DNA of 64,000 nt, taken from Alphaproteobacteria bacterium. Lineage in GTDB: Bacteria > Pseudomonadota > Alphaproteobacteria > GCA-2731375. This document shows, in pieces, positions 1-10,068 of the stretch. The stretch lies in NCBI GenBank assembly GCA_965225945.1, contig CBDDBZ010000037.1:394860-458859 (forward strand), read 5' to 3'. The position numbers were made by a program, and so were the translations under genes. Position 1 is the first letter of the stretch; every line of letters starts with the position of its first letter. The notes under the pieces were generated by a model. That model was not told where the DNA came from. It saw nothing but the letters and a program-made list of their open reading frames with translations, and ran no database searches.

Positions 1-244
1 CGCGGCGCCGATTCACCGGCGTCCGGCGCCGCCGGCGTTCGCGATAGCGCCGCTGGCGCTCAGCATGCTTGTGACGGCCCCGCCGGCTGTTCTGGTAGCG
101 CTGCCCGGCATGGCGCTGCGATCGCCGGCGCACCCGATCGCTGCAGCTCCGTGAACAGTAGATGTTGCCGTGGTCGCAGTGCCGGCAGAGAACCACCTGT
201 TGATGGCACGAGGCGCAGTTGAACAGGCGGGCGGTGTTCTTCAT
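1..244 (-). CDS. Cys-rich, Arg-rich putative zinc-finger protein (C-terminus runs off the window); first ORF of an IS21-like element
   Basis: Not in the ORF track. Manual translation from ATG at 244: MKNTARLFNCASCHQQVVLCRHCDHGNIYCSRSCSDRVRRRSQRHAGQRYQNSRRGRHKHAERQRRYR..., with CxxC, CxxC, CxxxC. No stop before position 1. Confidence 0.65.
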   Translation of the reverse strand, partial: MKNTARLFNCASCHQQVVLCRHCDHGNIYCSRSCSDRVRRRSQRHAGQRYQNSRRGRHKHAERQRRYRERRRRRTPVNRRR

Positions 245-645
245 CGCGCAGCCGATGAGAACGGGGTGGACCCACGCCCAAACCCGCACGATACTGCGCA
301 TATGGGTCGTGCCTTGCATGGCTCGGGGGGTGCGGTGCCGGTCGTTGCCAGCAAGCAAACGGGGCCGGCGCCGCATCGTTCTCAGCGGCCCGAGTGTACT
401 CCCGCGGCTCCCCTTGTCAGGTCCGCGGAACCGCCGCCGCCAGCCAGCCAAAACAGGAATCGAGACGCCCGCCCGCGGTGGATAAGCAGCCCGCCGCCGC
501 CAGACTCTTGGCGGTCGCCGCGGCGGGCTACTTACCCACCGCTGCGCCGAGCCAACTCCCGCCTGCAAACCACGCAGCTACAGCGCCACGATGCCCGATG
601 TCGCTGAAATCACCATCTAAGCGCGGTTTTTCATCGCCACCGACA
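1..645 (-). mobile_element. Left part of an IS21-like element
   Basis: On the minus strand TGTCGGTGGCGATGAAAAACCGCG starts at 645, exactly where the DUF6880-like gene loses recognisable similarity; the end is TG-terminated as in IS21. Confidence 0.5.
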
Positions 646-871
646 CCCGGCGCCTTCGCGAATCGATGACCGCGCGAGACCGGCGGATAGTCGCCATCCG
701 ATGCCGCACCTCTCTGGCGAGCTTGGCCGTGCCCTGCGCACCGGCAAGCTCGAGTCGAAGCATCCGCCGAGCCGCGGGTCTTCCCTTGCTGACTTCGATC
801 AGCAGGTCGGCGAGGCGCTCTGCCCCGAGAGCCTTCAGGTTCCTGGCGTTGAGAGTTTTCTTCGATGTCAT
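646..871 (-). pseudogene. DUF6880-like protein, N-terminal fragment truncated by the IS end
   Basis: MTSKKTLNARNLKALGAERLADLLIEVSKG...RRMLRLELAGAQG resembles the N-terminus of this conserved alphaproteobacterial family; cut after about 75 aa. Confidence 0.55.
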
Positions 872-1473
872 ATCGCAGCCGGGTCGCATTGCAGTCTGGG
901 TGCGCAGGACCTTGATCCGTCGCTCCATATCGCGCAATAGCTGGGATGGGGGCGGGCTGGCCCGGAGACGCTCGGGCCAGCTGACCCCACTAAGGGACGC
1001 AGCCGCAATCCCGGGGCCGGCCAGGAAGCCGGGATAAACGGGGACGGAAGGATACAAGGGGGTTAAACAAGAGCGATTTCGATTCGATGACGGATGCCCT
1101 AGGCTCTGGCGCTCGACAGTCCGGAAAATTGAGCCACACCAAGGACTTGATATCTGGGCGGATACATGGCGCGACACGAGATTGCAAATGCGGCAAGGAG
1201 GTGATGTACCGCAACATCTTGATGTGGTTGATCAGGTAGGCGGCCTGAGATTCTGTTTGAGCATGTGATCTTGGTCCGGTGTGTTGCGTGAGTTTCCCGC
1301 TGCGGCACCCCCGAAGCAACGATTGATGCCACGTTGGGCTGTCCGAGCGCGCCAAAATCACTCGTTGAACGCATTCTCAAACGGTCTCTGAGAAACAGAC
1401 GGAATACACCTTAAGTCAGCCGCCAAGCAGCTCGAATAGGCGAGGTCAACTCAGCACAGGAGCGCGTCACCAA

Positions 1474-3516
1474 ATGAAACTCTTCCTCCAGCAGCTCGAA
1501 GCGCATCTGTGGGGCGCCGCGAACATCCTGCGCGGCAAGACAGCGGGACAGGACTACAAGAACTACATATTGTCGCTGATGTTCTACAAGCGGCTCTGCG
1601 ATCAGTGGGAGTGGGAGGCGGACGACGCCATCACCGAGCAGGAACGGCAGCAGGGCCGACCATTCACCGAGACGCAGAAGGCGATCTTCCGCAAGCGCGG
1701 CGAGCATCGATTTGCCATCCCGGACGGCTCGCGGTGGGGAGATGTCAAGGCAGTCTCGGTGAACATCGGCGAGGCCCTGACACGCGCGATGCGGGCCGTG
1801 GCCGACGCCAACAACGAGCTGCGGGGTGTGTTCACGGTTGACTGGAACCAGCCGGCACCCGACGGGTCGGGCAAGCCGCTGATCGCCAATGAAGTCGTCC
1901 ATGCGCTGGTCCAGCACTTTGATGAGCACGATCTGTCGAACCGTAGCGTGCCGGCCGATGTGCTGGGCCGGGCCTACGAGTACCTCATCAAGAAGTTTGC
2001 CGACGACGCCGGCGCGAAGGCGGGCGAGTTCTTTACGCCCCCAGAGGTCGTGGACACCCTGGTGCGCATCCTGGAGCCGGGTCCCGGCGATAGCATCTAC
2101 GACCCGACCGCGGGCTCCGGCGGGATGCTCGTGCACGCCGCCGACTACCTCCGCGAACACGGGCATCACGCGACCCATGCGCGCTACTTTGCGCAGGAAA
2201 TGAACTGGGGCAACGCCGCCATCGGCAAGATCAACTCCGTGCTCCACGGCCTCGAAGCCGACATCCGGGCCGGCAATAGCACCATCACCGACCCGCTGTT
2301 TCTCGAAGGTGGCGAGGTGCGCAGGTTCTCTCTGGTGCTCGCCAATTTTCCGTTCTCGGACGACTACTGGTGGCTGAAGCCGGAGCAGCATACCGACGAC
2401 AAGACCAGGAAGGCCCGGCTCAAGAAGGAGATTTTCGGCAATGAGGGCTACAAGGACCCGTTCGGTCGTTTCGGCCGCGGCACCGGCTTCCAGGCGCCGC
2501 CGGCCGGCTACGGGGACTACGCGTTCATACTCCACATCCTCGCTTCGCTCTCCGACGACGGGCGGGCCGGCATCGTCTGCCCGCAGGGCGTGCTCTTCCG
2601 CGGCCAGCCGGAAGTCGAGGAAGAGACAGGCGACTTCGACGCCAGGGGGAAGCCCAAGGTGAGGCGGCGCAAGGCCGACGACGAGCATCTCATCCGCCGG
2701 GCGCTGCTCGAGTCCCGGCTGATCGACGCCGTCATCTCGCTGCCGCTCAACGTCTTCTACGGCGCAGGCGTGCCCGCGTGCCTGTTGATCCTGCGCAAGC
2801 AGCGCCCCGTGGAGCGCCGGGACCGGGTTCTGCTGATCTATGCCGCCCGGCACTACCGCGAGCTCTCCGCCCAGAACGAGCTGCGCCCCCAGGACGTGAT
2901 GCGGATGCTCGTGCACTACCACTCCTACGGTGATGCGTCGAAGGCGCCCGGCCTCGTGGAAGAGCACAGCGAGAGGGTTCACTGCGAGATCGACCGACGG
3001 GAGGCGGACGAGGTCGGCCGGCTCGAGGCCGAATATCAGCCTCAAGCCGACAGGCTGGCCGCGCTCAACAACGCGCTTCAGGAGGCCCGCGAAAAGCAGC
3101 GCGCATCCGCGACGAAGCGCGACAAGGCGAAAGCGGCGCCAGCGTTGACAAAGCTCCAGAAGCAACGCGACAAGATCGCGGCGAAGGTCGCGGAGCGCGA
3201 CGAGCGCATCGCCGAGGCGCGTCGCAACGCCGAGGACGACCGTGCGGACATCAGCGCGGTGGGCGAGGAGCTGGTCGCCCTCTATGCCGATCCCGACGAG
3301 CTGATCAAGCACGCCCGCGTCGTCGACATGGATGAGGTCGAGGAGAACGAGTTCAACCTCAACGTGCCTCGGTACGTGGATACCTTCGAGCCGGAGCCGC
3401 GGATGGATGTCGATGAAGTGCTCAGGGCACTCGTTAATGCTGAGAAGAAGGCGGAGGACGCCGAAGCGACTCTCCTGAATCTCTTGCGGGATGTCGGTTA
3501 TGCCGTCGGTAAGTAG
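1474..3516 (+). CDS. hsdM: Type I R-M methyltransferase subunit M
   Basis: LWGAANILRG N-terminus, AGEFFTP, motif I DPTAGSGGML, motif IV variant ANFPF, C-terminal FNLNVPRYV. Confidence 0.95.
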   Translation: MKLFLQQLEAHLWGAANILRGKTAGQDYKNYILSLMFYKRLCDQWEWEADDAITEQERQQGRPFTETQKAIFRKRGEHRFAIPDGSRWGDVKAVSVNIGEALTRAMRAVADANNELRGVFTVDWNQPAPDGSGKPLIANEVVHALVQHFDEHDLSNRSVPADVLGRAYEYLIKKFADDAGAKAGEFFTPPEVVDTLVRILEPGPGDSIYDPTAGSGGMLVHAADYLREHGHHATHARYFAQEMNWGNAAIGKINSVLHGLEADIRAGNSTITDPLFLEGGEVRRFSLVLANFPFSDDYWWLKPEQHTDDKTRKARLKKEIFGNEGYKDPFGRFGRGTGFQAPPAGYGDYAFILHILASLSDDGRAGIVCPQGVLFRGQPEVEEETGDFDARGKPKVRRRKADDEHLIRRALLESRLIDAVISLPLNVFYGAGVPACLLILRKQRPVERRDRVLLIYAARHYRELSAQNELRPQDVMRMLVHYHSYGDASKAPGLVEEHSERVHCEIDRREADEVGRLEAEYQPQADRLAALNNALQEAREKQRASATKRDKAKAAPALTKLQKQRDKIAAKVAERDERIAEARRNAEDDRADISAVGEELVALYADPDELIKHARVVDMDEVEENEFNLNVPRYVDTFEPEPRMDVDEVLRALVNAEKKAEDAEATLLNLLRDVGYAVGK

Positions 3517-4762
3517 GGTCCTCTCGGGGTGTCAGATCTTCGACAGCCGCACCGCGCCCGACGGTTGGGCGTGTGTCCCGTTGGGAGAGCGCATCGAATT
3601 GGCATATGGACGTGGTTTGCGTGAAGAGGACCGGGAACCGGGCGACATCGATGTCTACGGATCGAACGGCGTTGTCGGAAGCCATACTCGTGCCCTCGTG
3701 AGCGGACCGGGGATTCTCGTCGGCCGCAAGGGCACGGTGGGCGCTATTCACTATGCAAGTGATCCGTTCTGGCCAATCGACACGGTCTACTACGTCGTGC
3801 CGCGGCGTGGGGACAATCTGCGATTCCTCCATCATCTCCTGAATTACTTGCCTCTGAAGTTTATGAACGCCGCTACCGGCGTACCGGGTTTATCTCGTCG
3901 CGACGCCTATTCACTTCTTGGCGTATTCCCCCGAGTCGAAGAGCAAGCCGCCATCGCCCGCATTCTCGACGCCGTGGACACGTCGCTGAAACGAACTCGT
4001 GAAGCTGTAGAACAGACGCAGCAGCTAAAAAAAGCTTTACTTGACCAGTTTCTCTACGAAGCGCTCGGCGAGACTATGTACGCGGACCGACCGCGGCGCG
4101 AGTTGCCCGACCGTTGGACGCTTGTATCCACAGAGCACCTATTGGCTAGTGATCCGAAGAATGGAATGTCACCACCGACATCTTCCAGACCCCCAGGAGT
4201 CCCCACCTTTAGCATCGGAGCTATCCGGCATGGTCGAGTGAATCTCAATGACAAGGACCACCTGAAATACGCCAAACTATCGGATACCGACACGTCGAGT
4301 CGTTTCCGCGTCAGAAGGGGAGATATCCTGATCGTTCGAGGCAATGCAAACCCCGATCTTGTGGGAAGGGCTGGAGTGATTAATGAATTCCCACGCGACT
4401 GCTTCTATCCTGACATTGCAAAGCGTGTCACATTCGGGACTAATTGTTCACCAAGAATTCTGCCAACATTCGCCGTTCTCGTTTGGAACCATTCGACTGT
4501 GCACAACCAAGTCCTGCGCCGGGCAAAGACTTCGAATGGGACGCTCAAGATAAACAACCGCGACGTTAAGCAGATAGTCCTGCCGGTTCCGCCGGAGAAC
4601 GACCAGGTCCGGATCGCTGCGATCACCGTGGCAATCGAAGAAAAGTGCGATGCGCTGATGGTTGTCAACGCCTCACTTGAACAACTCAAGAAATCCCTCA
4701 TGCACGACCTATTCACCGGCAAGGTCCGAGTCGGCGATATGACGGAGGCCCTCGCGCCATGA
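3491..4762 (+). CDS. hsdS: Type I R-M specificity subunit S
   Basis: Two TRD plus conserved-helix repeats (EEQAAIARILDAVD; DQVRIAAI...LKKSLMHDLFTGKVRV); overlaps hsdM and hsdR. Confidence 0.93.
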   Translation: MSVMPSVSRVLSGCQIFDSRTAPDGWACVPLGERIELAYGRGLREEDREPGDIDVYGSNGVVGSHTRALVSGPGILVGRKGTVGAIHYASDPFWPIDTVYYVVPRRGDNLRFLHHLLNYLPLKFMNAATGVPGLSRRDAYSLLGVFPRVEEQAAIARILDAVDTSLKRTREAVEQTQQLKKALLDQFLYEALGETMYADRPRRELPDRWTLVSTEHLLASDPKNGMSPPTSSRPPGVPTFSIGAIRHGRVNLNDKDHLKYAKLSDTDTSSRFRVRRGDILIVRGNANPDLVGRAGVINEFPRDCFYPDIAKRVTFGTNCSPRILPTFAVLVWNHSTVHNQVLRRAKTSNGTLKINNRDVKQIVLPVPPENDQVRIAAITVAIEEKCDALMVVNASLEQLKKSLMHDLFTGKVRVGDMTEALAP

Positions 4763-7700
4763 GTGAGTACGGCTACGTCGAACGGCCGATCCTGAACTGG
4801 CTCTGCGGAGAGCCCGGAGCCACCTACCCGGTAGGTGGGCTCGGGTGGACGTACCGCGACGAGGCGGCCATGGCGGAGTTCGGTCGGCCCTTGGAAGACC
4901 CGCTCGTTGAGCAGTTGCTGAAGGAGGCCATCGTTCGCCTCAACCCGCACGTGGAGACCGAGACGCAGGCATGGCGGGCAGTGGAGGCGCTGCGCAAGGC
5001 GATGGGGCAGCCGGACCGGCTTGCCGCCAACCGCGCGACGCTCGACCTGCTGCGCGACGGGGCCAGGGTCGCGCTCCGTCCCGGCGAGGACGCCCGGACC
5101 GTGCAGTTCATCGCATTCGAGGCGGAGCGTCAGCATCTGAACGACTTCACCGCGACCAATCAGTATCGCGTGCAAGGTGTCAAGCAGTGCCGCGATGACA
5201 CGGTGCTGCTGGTCAACGGCATCCCCATCGTGGTCGCCGAGTACAAGAGCTACCTGACCAGCGGCGACGACTGGTGCCAAGCGGTGCACCAGCTCCACCG
5301 CTACCAGCGCCAAGCGCCCTTGATGCTGGCCCCCAACGTCTTCTGCGTGGCTGCCGACGAGGACGAATTCCGTTACGGGACGGTGCTGTTTCACGACGCG
5401 AGCAAGGAGGACGTCGACCGCCACCTCGACCAATGGGGCCGCTGGCTCAGCCTCTATCCGGACCATCACGGCTGGTGGAACGAGCCCGCGGCCGCGGACC
5501 CCGCCGACCCGCTGGAGACGCCCGTCAAGGGTCTCCTGCGGCTGAAGCCGGCGCACTTGCTAGACTTCTTGCAACACTTCGTCGTCTTCGAGACCAAGAG
5601 AGGCGCGACCGCGAAGAAGATCGCCCGCTATCAACAGTTCGAGGCGGTGAACGAGCTGGTAGACCGCACGGTGGCGCAGGTGGGTAATCCGGTCAGCGCC
5701 CAGGATCGGACCGGCCTCATCTGGCATACGCAGGGCTCCGGCAAGTCGCTCACCATGGTGTTCGCCGGCCAGAAGCTGCGCCGACATCCGGCGCTCGACA
5801 ATCCGACGGTGCTTATCGTCGTCGACCGGCGCGACCTCAAGACACAACTCTCGGACGACTTCGACGCCTGCGACTATCCCAACGTCGAAAAGGCGCTGGG
5901 GGTCCAGGATCTCAAGCGGAGGCTACGGACTGACTGGCGCGGCACACTGGTGACGACCCTGCAATCGTTCCAGAAGATGGATGACCTTGATCCGCTGAGC
6001 CGCGACAACATCGTGAGCCTGGTGGATGAGTGCCATCGCTCGCAGACCGGAACGAGCAAGGGCAGTCGCGAGAGCCACGCGCTCACCATGCGCGTCAAGC
6101 TTGAAAACGGGTTCCGGTTCGGCTTCACCGGGACGCCCATCGACCGCACCCTGCAGAACACCCATCGCGATTTCGGCCCGCTGAAGGACGGAGTGCAGGA
6201 GCGCTACCTGAGCTACTACGGCATCCGCCGCTCTATCAAGGACGGGGCGACGCTGGAGGTCCACTACGTCCGCGACACAGTGCCCATCGAAGTGGACGAG
6301 GAGCCCTTGAGCGTAGGGTTCGAGAAGCTCTGCGAGGAAATGGAACTCGAGGACGAAGAAGCAAAGGACTTCGTCCAACGCCAGCGGTCCCAATGGAAGG
6401 AGCTTGTTCGGCATTCGGACCGGGTGGACATCGTGCTCGACAAGATGCTTGCCCACTTTCTGGCATATCCCGACCCGAGCGGCTTCAAGGCTCAGCTCGT
6501 TGCCGTCGATCGCAAGGCGTGTGCGGTCTACAAGGATGCCCTCGACCGTCGGTTGCGCGACCGGGGACTCCCGCCGGAAACTTCGGACGTGATCATCTCC
6601 AAGGCGCAGAACAGCGAGCCCGATGTCCAGCGATTCGAGTATGCCAAAGCGAAACAGGACGAGCTGATCGACTACTTCAAGCTGACCCCGGCGCAGTGGG
6701 AGGACTGGAACCGGGAGTGCCACGGGGACGACCGGAGCCGGTGGCGACCACCGCTCAAGATTCTCATCGTCTGCGACCGCCTTCTCACCGGGTTCGACGC
6801 GCCGGTGGAGCAGGTGATGTATCTGGACAAGCCGCTGCGCGACCACAACCTGCTTCAGGCCATCGCCCGAACCAACCGGCCGCTGCCGTCGATGAAGAAG
6901 CGGACGGGGATCGTCGTCGACTTCTTCGGAGTCTTTGCCGACCTCGAGAAGGCGCTTAACTTCGATGAGAGCGTTTGCGAAGAGTCCCTGATCGACTGGG
7001 ACAGGCTGCGGGAGGCGGTGTCCGGCGAAAGCTCCCGGTGCATGGAAACCTTCGAGGGCATCGCCATCGAGGATACGCGCGAGTGTCTCCTGTCCGCCCT
7101 GCGGCGGCTCCGCGATTCCGAGACCGCGAAGAACTTCGAGCAGAACTTCAGGAGCCTCGAACGGCTCTGGGAAGCCGTGTCGCCCGACCCGTGCCTGTAC
7201 CCGTACCGTCTCCAGTACAACTGGCTGTGCGGCATCTACGTCGCGCACCGGCGGCGGCAGCGCGGGAGCAGGGATACCTATGGGAAACTGTCCGCTAAGA
7301 CGAAGGAACTGATAGAAGAGAACACGACTTTTGTCGAGATGGCGCAGTCGCTGCCGGTCCTCAAGATCGACCGGGACTACGCAGGGAAGCTGGACGAACT
7401 TCCGACGCCAGCCGACAAGGCGGCCGCCCTCGAAGCGATGCTGACCGCCGAGCTGGCGGAGGACGATCCGGGCTTCCTGTATCGACTACTGGGGGAGAGG
7501 CTCCAGAAGATCAAGGAACGGCAGGAAACTGATGAGGAAGCCACCGCGAAGCGCCTGCGGGAATTGGAAGCCATCGCAGGCGAGGCGGCCGACGCGAGGG
7601 TGGAGCCGGAACGGCTGGGCCTCACGCAATCCGGGGAGTACGGACTGTTCACGATTCTGCGGGTCCACACCTCCGTCACCGACGAGACCTACATCGCGGA

Positions 7701-7923
7701 GTGTGCACGCAACATGGTCGGCCACCTGCGGCAGCACAGACTCCTGGTGACGGGGTGGAGCAACTCGGTCAGTGGGCGCATGGGCGTGGAGCAGTCGCTG
7801 TTAGCGGAGTCGTGGAATCCGCGTTACGAACGGCTGGGGTTCGATACGACCGCCCCAGCCCCTCCGTTCCTGAAGCCGGCAGTGGAGGAACTGGCCAAGT
7901 CGGACGGGGTATCTGACGGGTGA
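4759..7923 (+). CDS. hsdR: Type I R-M restriction subunit R
   Basis: Nuclease motif D...LVNGIPIVVAEYK, Walker A HTQGSGKS, DECHR, FTGTP, LLTGFDAP, QAIARTNR. Confidence 0.95.
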   Translation: MSEYGYVERPILNWLCGEPGATYPVGGLGWTYRDEAAMAEFGRPLEDPLVEQLLKEAIVRLNPHVETETQAWRAVEALRKAMGQPDRLAANRATLDLLRDGARVALRPGEDARTVQFIAFEAERQHLNDFTATNQYRVQGVKQCRDDTVLLVNGIPIVVAEYKSYLTSGDDWCQAVHQLHRYQRQAPLMLAPNVFCVAADEDEFRYGTVLFHDASKEDVDRHLDQWGRWLSLYPDHHGWWNEPAAADPADPLETPVKGLLRLKPAHLLDFLQHFVVFETKRGATAKKIARYQQFEAVNELVDRTVAQVGNPVSAQDRTGLIWHTQGSGKSLTMVFAGQKLRRHPALDNPTVLIVVDRRDLKTQLSDDFDACDYPNVEKALGVQDLKRRLRTDWRGTLVTTLQSFQKMDDLDPLSRDNIVSLVDECHRSQTGTSKGSRESHALTMRVKLENGFRFGFTGTPIDRTLQNTHRDFGPLKDGVQERYLSYYGIRRSIKDGATLEVHYVRDTVPIEVDEEPLSVGFEKLCEEMELEDEEAKDFVQRQRSQWKELVRHSDRVDIVLDKMLAHFLAYPDPSGFKAQLVAVDRKACAVYKDALDRRLRDRGLPPETSDVIISKAQNSEPDVQRFEYAKAKQDELIDYFKLTPAQWEDWNRECHGDDRSRWRPPLKILIVCDRLLTGFDAPVEQVMYLDKPLRDHNLLQAIARTNRPLPSMKKRTGIVVDFFGVFADLEKALNFDESVCEESLIDWDRLREAVSGESSRCMETFEGIAIEDTRECLLSALRRLRDSETAKNFEQNFRSLERLWEAVSPDPCLYPYRLQYNWLCGIYVAHRRRQRGSRDTYGKLSAKTKELIEENTTFVEMAQSLPVLKIDRDYAGKLDELPTPADKAAALEAMLTAELAEDDPGFLYRLLGERLQKIKERQETDEEATAKRLRELEAIAGEAADARVEPERLGLTQSGEYGLFTILRVHTSVTDETYIAECARNMVGHLRQHRLLVTGWSNSVSGRMGVEQSLLAESWNPRYERLGFDTTAPAPPFLKPAVEELAKSDGVSDG

Positions 7924-8663
7924 AGGCCGTAACGCAACATCGGATCGAGCTGCGCGGCAGTCGCGTGGACTACGACGTGGTCGTCTCCAGGGCCGCCCGG
8001 CAGACCCGCATTCGGGTCGGTCCAGGCGGTGTCGAGGTCGTGCAGCCGGCGGGCGCGAGCGACGGGGACGTGTCGGCGTTCTTGCGTCGGAACGAGAGCT
8101 GGGTGCTCGCCCAGCTCGACCGAGTGGCGAGTCTTCGTGCACTAAGGCGGCCGGTGCGGCGGCAGTCTGGGGAAATCCTGTATCGCGGCGAACTGACCCC
8201 AGTGCGCGTCGAGTTCGTCGACACGAAGGCTCGCGGAAACCGCGTCGCGTGGAGCGACGGGGAGATCGTCGTTCGCCGCGGGCCGGAGACGCAAACGCCA
8301 GCAGTGCGCGGTCTCGAGAACTGGCTGAGAGGACAGGCGCGCTCGGCCATTGCGGACTACTTGCTTGTGGTGACCGCGCGCATTGGGCGGGAGCCCGCGC
8401 GGGTCTACGTGATGGGTCAGCGCACGAAGTGGGGCAACTGCTCGTCCCGCAGGAATCTGTCCTTCAACTGGCGGCTCATTCTTGCGCCGGATTTCGTACT
8501 CCGTTACCTCGTTGCGCACGAGGTCGTGCATCTGGTCGTCCCGGATCATTCGGCGAAGTTTTGGTTGACCGTGCAGAGCCTTTGTCCCGACATGGAGCGA
8601 GCCAAGCAATGGCTAAGCCGTCATCACGCAGAGCTCACCGTGAGCCTTGCAAGCGTCATGTAG
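7920..8663 (+). CDS. M48/YgjP-like (DUF45) zinc metallopeptidase-fold protein, R-M associated
   Basis: KWGNCS...LSFNWRL...YLVAHEVVH...HS.KFW; 4-bp overlap with hsdR, a common type I R-M arrangement. Confidence 0.88.
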   Translation: MKAVTQHRIELRGSRVDYDVVVSRAARQTRIRVGPGGVEVVQPAGASDGDVSAFLRRNESWVLAQLDRVASLRALRRPVRRQSGEILYRGELTPVRVEFVDTKARGNRVAWSDGEIVVRRGPETQTPAVRGLENWLRGQARSAIADYLLVVTARIGREPARVYVMGQRTKWGNCSSRRNLSFNWRLILAPDFVLRYLVAHEVVHLVVPDHSAKFWLTVQSLCPDMERAKQWLSRHHAELTVSLASVM

Positions 8664-8733
8664 ATACAGGTGAAGGCAAAAAGAAACTCAACCGGCTGTC
8701 TGAGGACTACGGGATGGAGCAATAGGTGAAAAC

Positions 8734-9637
8734 ATGAACCTGAGTAAACGTTCCAAGCTGTCCCTCTGCCAGTTCCTGTCGTTGTTCGGACGCGAAGACC
8801 TGATCCTCCTTCTCAGCAAGTACGGGTTCTCGACAGACGAGCTCGAAAACCAATGGGCTGGTGTCAGCATTGCTGCTGCGTTGAGAGAAGTCGTCATTCC
8901 GGCGTCGGCTCAGCTTGAAAGTCTCGTTCAAGAGCTCGCCAGGACCCGAGACTCCATGCGTACCGGTGTTTCTCCGCGCTATCACTTTGACGAGCGATGG
9001 ACTGACTTGCGCTTCACAGCTTGAAAGTCTCGTTCAAGAGCTCGCCAGGACCCGAGACTCCATGCGTACCGGTGTTTCTCCGCGCTATCACTTTGACGAG
9101 CGATGGACTGACTTGCGATTGTGTCTGGAACTCGATGGATATGCCAAGGAGCGGGATGAATACGAAGTGGAGCAGGATCGTTTCGTTCCGATTGAACCGA
9201 TCATTGAAGGCGCCGAGGCCGCCGAAGACGACCTGACAAAGGAACTCCGACGGTCTGGCCTTCCCGACATCGAAGGGATAATTCAGGTCTTGGACGGTTC
9301 AGCGAGCGCATTTCGGAACAGTGATTTTAATGGCTGTCTCAACAACGCACGCGTGGCCCTGCAAACATTGGCGACTTCGATCGCGCGTGAACGGCTCCCG
9401 AACGATCCTGGCGGCTTCGATGAAACAAAATGGGGCCAGGTGATCGCCCAGCTAAGAACCACGGGCTTCATTACCCGGCAGCAAGAGCATGGTCTTGCAG
9501 GAGTGTTTGGTTTGATAAGCCCCGGCTCGCACACTCCAATCGGTTTCGACGAGGAGGAATTCGCGAGACTGGGCCGAGGTCTTGCCGTCTCTATCTCCTA
9601 CTTCCTTGCAAAACGAGTCAACGCGAATGAAGTCTGA
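8734..9637 (+). pseudogene. Abi/HEPN-like protein (about 265 aa when repaired), frameshifted by a 106-bp tandem duplication
   Basis: ORFs 8734..9024 and 8915..9637 share a duplicated segment; removing 106 bp gives 798 nt in frame. C-terminal DFNGCLNNARVALQTLA...SPGSH resembles Abi_C/HEPN helices (inference). Confidence 0.6.
8911..9117 (+). repeat. Tandem direct repeat, 2 x 101 bp (8911-9011, 9017-9117), period 106 bp
   Basis: cagcttgaaagtctcgttcaagag...gatggactgacttgcg occurs twice, separated by cttca. Confidence 0.95.
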
Positions 9638-9699
9638 GCGATTTTGCACAATGCGGAGCCATTTCATGCCTCTAACCTTGTCGCCGGGCAGGGTTGTCA

Positions 9700-9998
9700 A
9701 GTGCTGTAGCACCTCCTCTGCAACCCGAGCAACGACGCTCGCGCATCGGTTGCATAGGAGTGAACCGATCATGGTGGTCGGCGGTTCGGATGGGTGACGG
9801 TTGTTCACGGAAGTACCGAACTTTTGGATCCGGACATCGGGCAGCTCGACGCGCGTCCAGATGCGCTGCCAGGGATGCTGGAGGCCCGTGAGATACTAAC
9901 CGGGCACCTTGCGCGCGATCACCCGGGGGTTGTACTAATCGCAGGGTAGAGAGGGCAGGAGTCGAACTGCCGATGGCGCTAGGGGAACCGCGCGCCCG
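9700..9998 (-). pseudogene. Decayed tyrosine integrase C-terminal remnant
   Basis: Manual translation GRAVPLAPSAVRLLPSLPCD*YNPRVIARKVPG*YLTGLQHPWQRIWTRVELPDVRI closely matches the integrase at 18860-20032 (GRAVPLAPSAVRLLTSLPRDEDNPWVIAGRKPGWHLTDLQHPWRRIR); two in-frame stops; left boundary approximate. Confidence 0.75.
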
Positions 9999-10068
9999 CA
10001 AGCCTTTGCGGGAAGGGCATGTGGTCCGAGCCCGGAAACCGAGTGTAACGTCACAAGCGAGGGTTTTC

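Noticed and set aside
1411-7248. Long minus-strand ORFs (633, 383 and 441 aa) opposite hsdM/S/R
   Set aside because: Antisense shadows of GC-rich genes, with no motifs. The same applies to ORFs opposite the transposases and integrases (e.g. 22706..24169, 34000..35256, 35175..36494).
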